Source: an uncultured Planctomycetaceae bacterium (GTDB taxonomy: Bacteria; Planctomycetota; Planctomycetia; Isosphaerales; Isosphaeraceae). Taken from it: a stretch of DNA of 64,000 bases. Where the stretch lies: positions 5,056,001 through 5,120,000 of the forward strand of contig CAWIAD010000002.1 in assembly GCA_963833985.1 (NCBI GenBank), read 5' to 3'. The position numbers and the translations under genes were made by a program. This document shows, in pieces, positions 33,801 through 44,686 of the stretch. Within the stretch, counting starts at the first letter, position 1, and the number at the start of each line of letters is the position of its first letter. A model generated the notes under the pieces. The model ran no database searches. It saw only the letters and a program-made list of their open reading frames with translations, and was not told where the DNA came from.

Positions 33801-34645
33801 TCCGGCGGGACCTTCAATCCTCCGGATGGACCAGTCCGCGTAGTAAGGAGCCGCCGGGCGATGCCTCAGCGGTCCACACCAGTTGCTGGCGCTGAACGGC
33901 TTTCCCGTCGCGAGCACCTCGCGAAACTGTGTTGCGATCTCCCCTGCGGCGTCGGGACCGTGAATCCGCGTCAGCACCTCATCCAGAGTCCGGCCGATCA
34001 GCTCCTCCGGCGGCGCGTCGCAGAGCGCCGTGTTGTAGGCGTTGACCCGGGCGAATCGAAGTTCGTTGTCGAGGACCATGATCCCCACCGGAACCTGGTC
34101 CAGCAGACTTGCGAGTGTGGCCGCCTGGTCCTCGGCCATCCGCCGCAGGCGCCCCTGCTCGGCAATGAGGCCTTCCCTTTCGGCCTCGGCACTCCGCCTG
34201 CGGACCATCTCCTCCTCGAGCACCCTCTGCTCGCGGCGTGCGGCGGACTCACCAGCCTGGCGCGAAGCTGCGAGTGTCGCATGGAACCGCCCATGAGGGC
34301 GATTGCCAGTCCCAGCTGGAGGTACAGGATGAACGCCACCTTGACGGTAAGGCTCTGGATCGCCCAGGCACCCAGTGGGTCGACCACCAGTGGAAACGTG
34401 ACCAGACTCAGTCCCAGAGTCAGGAGCGAAGGTCCAAGCCCGCCAAACCAGGCCGCGAAAACGACCGCGAAGAAGAAAGTCACCAGCGGGAACTGGTTCC
34501 CGAGCACAGGCACCAGCGCCAGACGCGCCGCAACCGCCAGCACGCTGACCAGCACCGCCACGCTGTAGCGGACCAGCACCGATCTCCCGGAGGTGGAAGC
34601 GATCAATTCTTCCGCGGAGGTCAGGTTGGCGGGACGTTCCTGCAT
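30864..34645 (-). CDS. Hybrid sensor histidine kinase (DUF4118-like TM, multiple PAS, GAF, HisKA, HATPase, REC); frameshift near 34261
   Basis: FLATLAHELRNPLAPI, NLLNNAIRYT, DAGIGI, GLGIGL, ILVVDDN...DLGMPEMDG, HPEDR/HPDDL PAS motifs; N-terminal TM region lies in another frame. Confidence 0.92.
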
Positions 34646-35111
34646 CGCACCTTCGCGCCGGGATCTCAGGGACTGCACGCTGTCCGGGCGCGCCGGAACA
34701 TCGCGCCACGCAAAACCATGCGCAGACGCACTTGCCCCGGCCTGCCTCAATGGTTCCTGACCACCCATCAGTGCCCGTCCCGTGCGGCAGCAGGGCTCGC
34801 GTAACTCATTGCGGCAGTTCGCACAACCCCATGCGACATATTCCTTTCCGGAACAAGATCCAGGAACCTGGATGCGCTACTCCGGCGCCGCTGCCTGATC
34901 GGCCCGGCAAGCATACTGCAAAAATCATACCATTCTCGCAAATTGCCCATGCCATTTGTCATGACCTCGACTCGAGCGACAAGTTTGAATCTTGTCGCAC
35001 GACGACCCTTCTCCGCCTTTCGTGGATTCTTGTCCGCTCTCTGCTGTAGACCTGATGGATCGGTTGAGCAGCCGGCCCGCGCGCCGTGCATGGGTTTACC
35101 AGAGTGGAGGT

Positions 35112-35166
35112 TGCCAGGCGACACGAAAACCGAGCCCCCCTGACGACACGAAAACTGACCCCCTCC
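35112..35166. mobile_element. Orphan IS end, IS21-like
   Basis: TG terminus followed by tandem repeats CGACACGAAAACCGAGCCCC and CGACACGAAAACTGACCCCC; no partner end or istA/istB in the window. Confidence 0.6.
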
Positions 35167-35351
35167 TATACACATGACAACGAGTGGCCATGGACAAGTT
35201 GAAGTCCGATCTGGTCAGCTTGCAGAACAGGCAAGCGGGCCAAAGGGAATTGAAGGGAGCATGTGTCCACCTGCGCGCTACGCAGGAGGACACGATTGCC
35301 CTGTCAACCCGATATTGATAGGTTTCGGGGACTTCAGTCCACTACTGGTGG

Positions 35352-35618
35352 GTGTTGCCAAGATTGTGGGACGGACCCACCGCTGAGACCCGGGATCCGA
35401 TGGATGCGGAACCGGGTAAATCGCGCCGAGGTGACCATGAGTACGAGCGCAAAGGATTTGCAGACCTGTTCATGTTCATCGAAACTTTGCGCGCCTGGGC
35501 GCAAGTGTGGATCACGCCGCAACGCCGCAATGTCGAGTGGGCGTTGTGCGTCAAGCAACGGCTGGAGGAGCCAGCCCAACTTATCAAAAGACGTGGGACA
35601 ACGGTCGTTTCCGTTTAA
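35352..35618 (+). pseudogene. Degraded IS630-family transposase fragment
   Basis: PGKSRRGDHEYERKGFADLFMFIE...ITPQRRNVEWALCVK resembles the D-x-EY-x-R-x-G segment of IS630 transposases. Confidence 0.65.
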
Positions 35619-35982
35619 TGCGATCCTGGATGACCGGGAGGCCGCTCTTTGTGGGCCACGATACCCGATCGTGTCACTTTTCGATCACCTCGTGGGACAC
35701 GATTCCATTCGTGTCACTTCTTTTATTTGATGGACCAGGAATGGCACGATCGGAATCGTACCCCACGTGGAGAGCGGCCAGGCAGAGCCCTCGGCCCCGG
35801 GCAAGCGAACTGCAATCCTGCCCAAAGACTTGTGCGGATCTGATTAGCTAGCGGCCAGCTTTTGCAGTCGCGACCCCTCGCTTTCCACGACCATCTGGAG
35901 AAAGCGCTGAACAAGACCACCCCATCTGGCTTACCACCATCGAGATGGGGTGCTCCAGGAGGCTATCAACCTGGCGACCGGC

Positions 35983-37005
35983 TCAGTGCAGCAGGACTGT
36001 GCCCTCGACGGTCCAGGTGAACGCCCACTCGGGGTCCGTGAGTGCGAAGGGACTATTGGTCGCCGTCACTTGAAGCGGTTGACCATTGATCACGACGTTG
36101 GCGAATCGTCCCGTTCCTCCGGCAACAGAGTACTGGCCCGACCAGACCGCGGTGAAGGTCGTGCCGGTGTTGTCCACGGGAGTAAGTTGCACCTGCCCGG
36201 AGCCGGTGAAGTAGAGAATGTCGCCGTTGGCCGCCTCCGTTTCCTGAGGCGCCGTGAGGGTGAAATTGAAGACGAGGGGATTGGCCGTCGGCGTGGTCGC
36301 CACGTTCCCGGAGAACGTGTGCTTGCCCATGGGACTTCCCGTGCCCGAACCGCCGAAGTCTCCGGTAGCGGGCGAGTAGGTTCCCGTACCCTTGGTGCTG
36401 TAACGAAGCTGATGGCCGTACGTCAGCGTCCCCGTTCCGGACCACGTGAAGTTGAAAGGAGTCGTCGAGGTCCCGGTGATGAAGAAGGGGTCGCTGATGG
36501 CGGTCATGATCAGGCTCCCCCCCGTGAGCTTCGCGAACCGACCGGTGCAGTTTGGCAGGTCGGGGTTGAACTCGGCGACGAAGAGCGTTGTGAAGCTGCC
36601 ATCACTGTTCGGCACCAGCGCGAACTGCCCGGGCTGCTGGGCTCCGTTGTCGGTGTCGCCATAGGTCATGGCCAGATGATCGCCGTTTGCGGCCACGAAG
36701 ACGAAGTTCGGCGCGCTCGAGAACTCGCCGGACGTGGGACCCGTGAACTGGAGGATCTGGAAGTTGCCCTGGCCAGTGTACTTCCCCAGTTCGGTGGCAT
36801 GACCGGTCGCGCTGTGGGGTGCCGGGGTGCCCGGGATGAGCGAGAGGCCATCGGGTGCGTACCCTCCACCTGTGATCTTCAGCGGTTTGACCTGGGCTTC
36901 CGCGCGGGACGGGGTGAGGGCCAGGCCGGCAGCCAGAGCAGTCGCAAAAACGAGGAACGAGGCGAAACGGGCAGTGCGAATCACGTTGCTTCTCCGGGTC
37001 CGCAT
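35983..37005 (-). CDS. Secreted Gly/Thr-rich beta protein with two tandem homologous domains
   Basis: Signal peptide ending AEA; repeated motifs AANGDHL/AANGDIL, CTGRFAK/GTGRFAN, FNFTWSGTGTL/WAFTWTVEGTV. Confidence 0.8.
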   Translation of the reverse strand: MRTRRSNVIRTARFASFLVFATALAAGLALTPSRAEAQVKPLKITGGGYAPDGLSLIPGTPAPHSATGHATELGKYTGQGNFQILQFTGPTSGEFSSAPNFVFVAANGDHLAMTYGDTDNGAQQPGQFALVPNSDGSFTTLFVAEFNPDLPNCTGRFAKLTGGSLIMTAISDPFFITGTSTTPFNFTWSGTGTLTYGHQLRYSTKGTGTYSPATGDFGGSGTGSPMGKHTFSGNVATTPTANPLVFNFTLTAPQETEAANGDILYFTGSGQVQLTPVDNTGTTFTAVWSGQYSVAGGTGRFANVVINGQPLQVTATNSPFALTDPEWAFTWTVEGTVLLH

Positions 37006-37469
37006 GGATCAGAAAACCAGCTCACCGCGCGGACCTGGCGGCGAGCGTGGCCTGGGGCGATTGCGAGAAAGGAGACCGAAAGAGCGTCAGGCCAATCGTG
37101 CCGGGAGGGACTGCTGCTGAGCCGGTCTCCAATCCGGGCTCGACCCGCATCTCACCTCCGCCAACGGATGGGCCCTGACACGGACCGCGATCGGATGCGC
37201 TCTCGAGATCCCTGTCTGAAGTCCTTGCTCAAACCGGAACCGGCCTGCGCTACGACGTTGCGATCGAAGTGATCCCGGATGGTCTGGTTCCCTGTCCCTA
37301 CAAGAAACATCAAAGCGAAAAACCGAACGCGCCTCGGACGTTTTTTCTGAGAAAGAAGATCCCTGGGTGATCCGAGCGGCTGAATCGGCAGCCCGAACAT
37401 CCATTGACATCTGATCTTCCGTAATTCGAGCAAGGCTTCCTTGCTTTCCTCCAGCGCGCCACGGCATAC

Positions 37470-38125
37470 TTGACCGGTTCAAATCGAGACTGCGTGGATG
37501 GTCGCCGCCAAGTGCGAATCGCCGGAAGGGGGTCGCCGGTGCTGTCGTCGGCTGGCTGCAACGAACGAGATACGGCGATGCTCGCCGCGGCGACGAGCGG
37601 CGACCCAGCCGCGCAGTGGCACGCGCTCGAGGCCTGCCGCGATTATCTCAGGCTCGTGGTGAGCCGGGGCGCTGGTCGAGCCAGGCTCACCCGCAAGCCA
37701 CATCCGACCTCGTCCAGCAGACGTTCGTGAATGCCTGGGGCCACTTCTCGAGGTTCGAGGGCCAGACACCCGGACAGCTCCGCGCCTGGCTCAGGAAGAT
37801 ACTCATTCGCGCCTCGCTCAACGCCCGGCGGCGACGGCGAGCAGTTCAGCTTGGTTCGAAGGAAGAGGCAGGAGTCGCCTCCGGCGCGGCGACGTCCCCC
37901 AGTCAGGCTGCGGAGCGGAATGCCGCGCTGGAGGCACTCGACGCGGCGCTGCGCGGCCTCTCGGAACGCCATCGCGAGGTCATCCGCCTGCGGGTCTGGG
38001 AGCAACTGTCGTTCGAGGAAATCGGCACCAGGCTGGAGACGACGCAGGATGCAGCGCGGATGCTCTACGGGCGGGCGCTGGCCAGGCTGCGCGAGGCGAT
38101 GAGGCCCGGCCATGACCCCGGATGA
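37470..38125 (+). CDS. ECF sigma factor, kinase-associated type (frameshift near 37670)
   Basis: ALEACRDYLRLV, ATSDLVQQTF, QLRAWLRKIL, LSERHREVIRLR...LSFEEIG. Start uncertain. Confidence 0.85.
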
Positions 38126-41100
38126 GACCAGCCCCGCGCCGATCGATGAGCGTTTGCTGGCCCGAGTCATGGCATGCGACTCGCTCTTGAATGCCTCAGA
38201 GTCCCCATCTGAGCGAGGCCCGGCGGGCAGTCCTTCCTCCCTGGCCGACAACCGGGCACGAAGCCGGCTGCTGCTCTTGCTCAGGATGCTGGACGCGGCC
38301 GAGCCGCCAGCCGACATGCCGCAGGAGTCCGGAAACGCGGCGGATGGGACGGACCGAAAGCAGGAGCGTCCACTCCTGGGCCGGTTCGAGGTCATCGACG
38401 ATCTCGGCTCGGGAGGATTCGGGTTTGTGGTTCACGCCCGGGACCGGCTGCTGGGTCGCGACGTGGCGCTGAAGATGCCGCTCCCGGAACGCCTGCTGGC
38501 ACCGGAGAATGTGCGTCGATTTCTTCGTGAGGCGCGTGCCGCGGCCCGGCTGGACCACCCCCACATCGTGCGGGTTTACGACGCCGGAGAACTCGGCCCA
38601 CTGGGCTATTTCATCGCCTCGGAGTACTGCCCGGGCCCCAGCCTGCGGCGGTGGCTGAGGGCTCAGAACAAGCAAGTCCCCGCGCGGCTGGCAGCGCGGT
38701 GGATCGCCGCACTGGCCGACGCCGTGCAGCACGCGCACGACCGCGGCATCCTCCACCGCGACATCAAGCCCGACAACGTGATCCTCGCCGGCGGCCCCGA
38801 ACCCGAGACCTTCGTTCCCCGCCTGACCGACTTCGGCCTGGCCAAGATGGTTGCCGAGGTTGGCGACGAGACGCGGAGCGAGGCACGGCTGGGCACGCCT
38901 CTGTACATGGCCCCCGAGCAGGCCGCGGGTCGCCCCCGCGAGGTTGGGCCGGCGACCGACGTCTACGCCCTGGGCTCGACCCTCCATGAGCTTCTCACCG
39001 GCCGGCCGCCGTTGCGAGGTGAGACGGAGGCCGAGACGCTCCGCCTGATCCTCGAGGCTGAGCCGCCCTCGCCACGGTCCTTACGGCCGTCATTGCCGCG
39101 CGACCTGGAGACGATCGTCCGCAAGTGCTTGCAGAAGGAGCCGGCACGACGTTATGCCTCGGCTGAGGCGTTGTCCGGGGATCTTCGGAGGTTCCTCGAG
39201 GGTCGGCCAATCCTCGCCCGGCGCCCGGCGCATTCCAGCGCGCGACGAAGTGGGCGCGTCGGCACAAGGCGGCCGTGGCGGCGGCTGCCATCATCATGCT
39301 GATCACTGTCACGGGAGTGGGCGTCGGTGCGCGCTGGCGTGACGGTGTCGTGCGCCGTCACAACAGCGAGGTGAGCAGGGTGCTGGAGCGCGCCGAGGAG
39401 CATGAACTCTCAGCTCGCCGGCTCCGGTATGACTCACAGATGCGGCTTGCTCATCAGGCCTTCGAATCGGGACAGGTCGAATTCGCGCAGGAGATCCTCG
39501 AGGGACTCAGGCCGGAGTCGCCGGGCCGCGACCTCCGCGGTTTCGAGTGGCACTATCTTCGCAAGGCGTGCCACCGCGATGTCTCGGTCCTTACGGACCA
39601 CGATCTGAGATCGATGATTCTCGCTCCGGATCAACTGAAGCTGATCTCGGGCGATCGTTATGGCTCGATCCTCTTCTGGGACCTTGCCGCGGGACGGAAA
39701 CTCATCCAATTCCAGGCACATTCGCGGGAGGTCTGTGGCCTGACGGTTGCGCCCGATGGCCGCATCCTCGTCTCGTGGTCCTCGACTTTGGGTCAGCCGA
39801 GCGAGGTCAAGCTCTGGGATGCGCATTCAGCGCGTCATCTCGCCAGCGCCCCCGGGATCAAGGGTTATGTCCAGTCCGTGGCCTTCGCCCCTACCGGGCG
39901 AACCCTGGCGATCCTGGAACACGCCCTGGATCTTGGGTCGGACGAGAACAGGCTGGTGTTCTGGAACCTTGAAGACTCGGGACGCCTCACGCCCGGCAGA
40001 CCGGCAATCTCCTGCTACAGCATGGAGTACTCCCGCGACAGCCGATGGCTGGCGACGGGCGAGGCGCGGATCAACCGTGACGCTGAGAGATGCGACAACC
40101 GGCGAGCCGATCCGGACGCTACGCAAGCGCTTGCCCGGAATTGCAGGCATCGGGTTCTCTCCCGACAGCCGCATGGTTGTCGCTTACTCGCCGGATCTGA
40201 CCTTGTGGGATACGCACTCCGGACGCGAGCTGCACTCGCTTCCGGGCCTGTCGTGGAGCGAGCATGCGTTTTCGCCTGATGGAAAACACCTCGCCGGGAT
40301 CACCGCCGCCGGGGACTCGATCGAGCTGATCACCGACGTGACAACAAACCCCCGGTTGGTTGCACTGGAGGCCCCTTCCGCCAGGGACGTTCAAATGGCC
40401 TTCTCGCCCGACGGCAGGATCATCGCTGGCGGCGGTGCCAGCCGACCCGCAACTCTCTGGGAGACGTCCTCGGGTCGAAAACTCGCTGAGTTCCCCGGCA
40501 AGACGATGGTCATCGGGCGACCGGTCTTCGCACCCGACGGCCGGTCCTTAATCTTTGGCGGTGAGGACGGGCGGATCCGCTCCTGGCATCTGGTCAAGAA
40601 GCCCGAGCCCATCGCGTGCCTGGCGGGCCATACCGCGGAGGTCTGGGGACTGGCATTCACCACGGACGGTACGTCGTTGATCTCCGCCGCGGACGACCAT
40701 TTGATCAAGGTCTGGAACCCACGCAATGGCGCCCTGCGTTCAACATCAGCGGGACACGCTGCGCTGGTGTCGTCGCTCGCGATCACCTCCGATGGCAGCC
40801 TCCTCGCCAGTGGAAGCTTCGACAGGACGGTCCGGCTCTGGGATGTTGACAGCGGCCAGCCCTGCGCCGTGCTTCGCGGACACACCGATCGCGTGCGATC
40901 CGTGGCGTTCTCTCCGGACCGGCGGCTCCTTGCCTCTGCTGGCTCCGACAAGACCGTCCGCGTCTGGGATGTCGATCGGGGCGAGACGATCCTGGTCTTC
41001 CAGGGGCATACGGATACGGTCCGTGCCCTGGCATTCAACTCGACCGGCACCCTGCTTGTCTCGTCGGGTGACGATCGGACGATACGGGGAATCGACGTCA

Positions 41101-41486
41101 AGGGGCGCCGGGAGACGTTTTCGCTGTCCTGTCCCAACCACAATTCGGCCCTTGCGTTCTCACCCGATGAGTCTCTCCTCGCGTCCGCCGACGACCGGGG
41201 AAACCTCTCGATCTGGGATGTCGCGACGTGGAAGCGAAGGCAGTCGGTCAAAGGGTCTGACACCGGGATCTGGGGCCTTTGCTTCTCGCCCGATGGCAAG
41301 ACGCTTGCGGCCGCCTGCGGCGACGCGAAGGTCCGTCTCTGGGATCCGATCACCGGCCAGGTGATGCTCGTGCTCGAAGGCCACGCCCAGCGCGTCAACG
41401 CCGTGGCGTTTGCGCCCGACGGGGCCACCCTGGCTTCCGCGAGCCACGACGGGGCAGTCAAGCTCTGGAGCACGGCGTCGCCGTAA
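38112..41486 (+). CDS. Hanks-type Ser/Thr kinase with TM segment and WD40 repeats (frameshifts near 39229 and 40066)
   Basis: GSGGFG, VALK, HRDIKPDN, DFG, TPLYMAPEQ; DLRGFEWHYL linker; many GH...WD repeats; 14-bp overlap with the sigma gene. Confidence 0.92.
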
Positions 41487-41549
41487 CCTCAACACTCTTT
41501 GATTGGCTGATGAAGTGCAGACGACCGAGCGTGCCGCGCGGACGGGCTC

Positions 41550-41836
41550 TCAAGACATCCGTTCTCCGGACACGCGATTCGCACCGACGCCATCCGCCAG
41601 TTCCTCCCGCAACCCCTGGGCGGTTACCTGGATCGCCGGCACCTTCGCCGCCCCCAGCGCCTCGATGAACTCCAACCGTGACAGACCCGCGATCGCGGCA
41701 CCGGTCCCCTGACTGACTCGTCCTTTGGAGTACCAGTGAATTGCCAGGATTCGCCTGGCCTCCCGAGTCGCTTCATCGGGCGTAGCGCGAGTGCTGCCAG
41801 GGCTTCGTCCGGCAATTCTATGGTAAGTTGAGTCAT
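41550..41836 (-). CDS. UPF0175-family small protein (frameshift near 41786)
   Basis: GGGAGG RBS; MTQLTIELPDE...LAIHWYSKGRVSQGTGAAIAGLSRLEFIEAL. Confidence 0.75.
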
Positions 41837-41896
41837 GCAACCCTCCCAGTGCATCGTACCGGACCAATCCAGACCGAGCCAGAGACCGTGAACCGC

Positions 41897-42125
41897 TCAC
41901 CACTCCAGCACGCCATTCTGAACTGATGCCAGATCCGCGGCCGTCCAGTCGGCCCCAACAGTGGTGAGGTGCTCCACTGAGAAGGAGGTCGTCAGCCCCA
42001 GGCAACGACTCCCTGCGGCCTTGGCCGCGGCGACGCCCGAGACGGCGTCTTCGATCACCAGACAATGACTCGGTTCCAGCCCCAACCGGCGGGCGGCTTC
42101 GAGAAAGATGTCCGGGGCCGGTTTC
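41897..42125 (-). pseudogene. Detached 3' duplicate of the HAD hydrolase gene
   Basis: KPAPDIFLEAARRLGLEPSHCLVIEDAVSGV; 42001-42103 matches 43595-43697 with 5 mismatches by manual count. Confidence 0.88.
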
Positions 42126-42451
42126 GCTCACTGTACGCAACCTGCTCGCTTGGGTCTGGCGCGTCAACGACCTTCTGGCCGGTTGAACCTGTCACCGAGG
42201 AGCAGGAATCCTCTGTAGCCGTCCAGCCCCTTCTTACACGGCCGGTTCCCAGCCCCTCCGTCACTCGGCCCGATGTGCAGCAGTGTTTGGTCACATCCCA
42301 CTGGTCGCTCGTAGACGCTGACTTTCGCCCTCAAATTCGCCAGTGGATGTGCACCTCCGGGACCTGCATAGCCAGCGGGCTGAGGCACATTACCCTGCTT
42401 TCCGTTATCATGAAGATGTATCGTCGGCGGCCGGCCCGCTGAAACTCGGCC

Positions 42452-43120
42452 TTGAGTGCGGAGGATACTCGGATGGCGAATGCGACCGATGGGGTGCGCG
42501 ACTTGGTGGCCGATGCGCTGAGATCTATCCCAAAGCCGTACTCCGAGGAGATCACCGACGCGGTGTGCCGGGTGATCGAGAACGACCCGGTCCTCCGGCG
42601 GCGGTACAGTGAGCTTGCCTCAGAACTCAGAGACTGGGTCGTGAACAACTGGATCGGCCGGTATACGGCTGAGTTGACCGGTCGCAGGAGTGCGGAGCAG
42701 GTTCCATCGCAGAGCGGACTGATCCGATGGTATCGGAAGCTGCGCACAGACCAGGGGTCCCAGTCGCTTTCTTCGGTGGACTTCGAGCCATTGAATATCT
42801 GTGTTCCGCTCCGGGAAGATCCTACTGGCGTGTTCCGTGTCGGCGAGAGCCGGGTGCTTCTGGAGTTGGTGCTCGATGCGTTCAAGCGTGGCGAGAGCGC
42901 CGAGGCGATCGTCAGGTCGTATCGCTCGCTGCGGCTGGCCGATGTGTACGCAGTCATCAGCCGGTATCTCGCGGACCCTGCTCCATTCGACGAGTATCTT
43001 CGTCGATGCCATGAGGATGCCGACGCGGTTCGCCGTGAGATGGGTGCGGCTGGAATGACGGGAGGGATCGGCAAGGAGGAGCTTCTGGAGAGGGCACGTG
43101 CAAAGGGCCTGACGGCGTGA
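42452..43120 (+). CDS. DUF433-family putative antitoxin (core from GTG 42776), in frame with an upstream ~100-aa unknown domain
   Basis: RVGESRVLLELVLDAFKRGESAEAIVRSYRSLRLADVYAVISRYL; GTGA overlap with the PIN-like gene. Confidence 0.8.
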   Translation: MSAEDTRMANATDGVRDLVADALRSIPKPYSEEITDAVCRVIENDPVLRRRYSELASELRDWVVNNWIGRYTAELTGRRSAEQVPSQSGLIRWYRKLRTDQGSQSLSSVDFEPLNICVPLREDPTGVFRVGESRVLLELVLDAFKRGESAEAIVRSYRSLRLADVYAVISRYLADPAPFDEYLRRCHEDADAVRREMGAAGMTGGIGKEELLERARAKGLTA

Positions 43121-43467
43121 TTGAGTTCCTCGTCGACCAGAACTTCAACGAGGACATTGTGGACGGCCTCACCCGCCTCGACCCGAATTTGCAACTGATC
43201 CGGGTGCGCGACGTTGGGTTGGCGGCAGCCACCGACCCGACGATCCTGGAATGGGCCGCCGTACACGGCCTGGTACTGCTGACACACGATCGTCGAACGA
43301 TTCCTGCCTACGCTCACTCGCGGGTGGCTGTGGGCTTGCCAATGCCCGGTGTTTTCCTGGTCGATAACGAGTTGCCGGTCGGTCAGGCGATCGACGAATT
43401 GGTCATTGCCGCCCATTGCCTCTCCGAAGACGATTGCAGGAACCTTGTGAGGTATTTTCCGATGTGA
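43117..43467 (+). CDS. DUF5615/Mut7-C-like PIN-domain putative toxin
   Basis: FLVDQN, DPTILEWA, LLTHDRRT and PMPGV motifs. Confidence 0.85.
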   Translation: MIEFLVDQNFNEDIVDGLTRLDPNLQLIRVRDVGLAAATDPTILEWAAVHGLVLLTHDRRTIPAYAHSRVAVGLPMPGVFLVDNELPVGQAIDELVIAAHCLSEDDCRNLVRYFPM

Positions 43468-43490
43468 CGAACAGGCCCGGACCGAGGCGC

Positions 43491-44147
43491 TCACCACCTG
43501 AGCTCTTCGTGCCCGGCTTCCTCCAAGTTGGCCGCCCTCCAGTCGGCACCGGCCGAGGCAAGCTTCTCCGCGGAAAAGGATGTGGTGATCCCGAGGCAAC
43601 GACTCCCTGCGGCCTTTGCTGCCGTGACGCCCGAGACGGCGTCTTCGATCACGAGACAATGACTCGGTTCCAGCCCCAACCGGCGGGCGGCTTCGAGGAA
43701 GATATCGGGGGCGGGCTTCTTGCGAGCGATGTCCTCGCCGACGACCACGGCGACGAAGGTTCCGGACGGGAGCCCGAGCTGACGCAGGTTCCCCTCCACC
43801 TTCATACGATCGGCGCTGGAAGCTACGGCCAGCTTCAAACCCCGGGAGCGGCACCTCGCAATGAAGCTCGCCACTCCAGGAAGCGGTTCCAGCCGGCCCT
43901 CGATGAGCCCGAGATAAATCTCGTAGGTCCGGATCTTGTCGCGCGGCATCTCCAGGACCACGCCGCGCGCCTCGGCCACGCCGCCCAGGAACCGGTCCTC
44001 ACCCATGCCGATGAACGGGCGGAAATCGTCGTGCTGGACCACGACCCCCTTCTCCGCGAACATCCGCACGGCCGCCTCGGCAATAAACGGCTCGGAGTCG
44101 ACGAGCACGCCGTCCATGTCGAAGATCACACCGGCCAGGGTACGCAT
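43491..44147 (-). CDS. HAD-IA family phosphatase (beta-PGM/CbbY-like)
   Basis: IFDMDGVLVDSE, AVASS, KKPAPDIF and IEDAVSG motifs. Confidence 0.92.
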   Translation of the reverse strand: MRTLAGVIFDMDGVLVDSEPFIAEAAVRMFAEKGVVVQHDDFRPFIGMGEDRFLGGVAEARGVVLEMPRDKIRTYEIYLGLIEGRLEPLPGVASFIARCRSRGLKLAVASSADRMKVEGNLRQLGLPSGTFVAVVVGEDIARKKPAPDIFLEAARRLGLEPSHCLVIEDAVSGVTAAKAAGSRCLGITTSFSAEKLASAGADWRAANLEEAGHEELRW

Positions 44148-44686
44148 GTTCTCGTCGCCTGCCAGATGAGCCGGACCGCCCAAGATCACCTCCAGAACAG
44201 AGTGTCCATCGGAACTTGCCTGCCTTGGCATTTGATTCTAGCAAGCCCAGCCGCACCCACGCAGCAAGATGGAGCCACACCGGGGCCGAACCGTCGCGCT
44301 GAGGGCGAGCCAGCCTTCATGAGCGTGCCAGACCCATCCCTGACAAACCCTCCGGACGGACACGATCTGATCGTAAACTCATTATGACGGGATCGTTCGG
44401 CAAGTCGCTGACGGTCTCCTTCTGGGGCCGGACGAAATGGGATCTCGCGTGGTGGAGTCGCGCATACCGGCGCTGGTGGTTCGCAGAAGTTGCCTGTAGC
44501 GAAGCCAATAAGGAACGCTCCAAGTTGTTGTCTTCAAAAAAGTAACGTCCGATGGCTTTGATGTTCCCGAGGCGGAACGAACCCATTCGCCAGGGCCACG
44601 GAGGTTGTCGATCCGTACGACGCCGCGCCATCGTACCGCCTGGCCAGGAGGTGGCTGGCCGAGCGGAAGCGAGCCGGCGTGAGCAA

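Noticed and set aside
41897..43720. Diversity-generating retroelement template/variable repeat pair
   Set aside because: Core mismatches are not adenine-specific and there is no reverse transcriptase in the window
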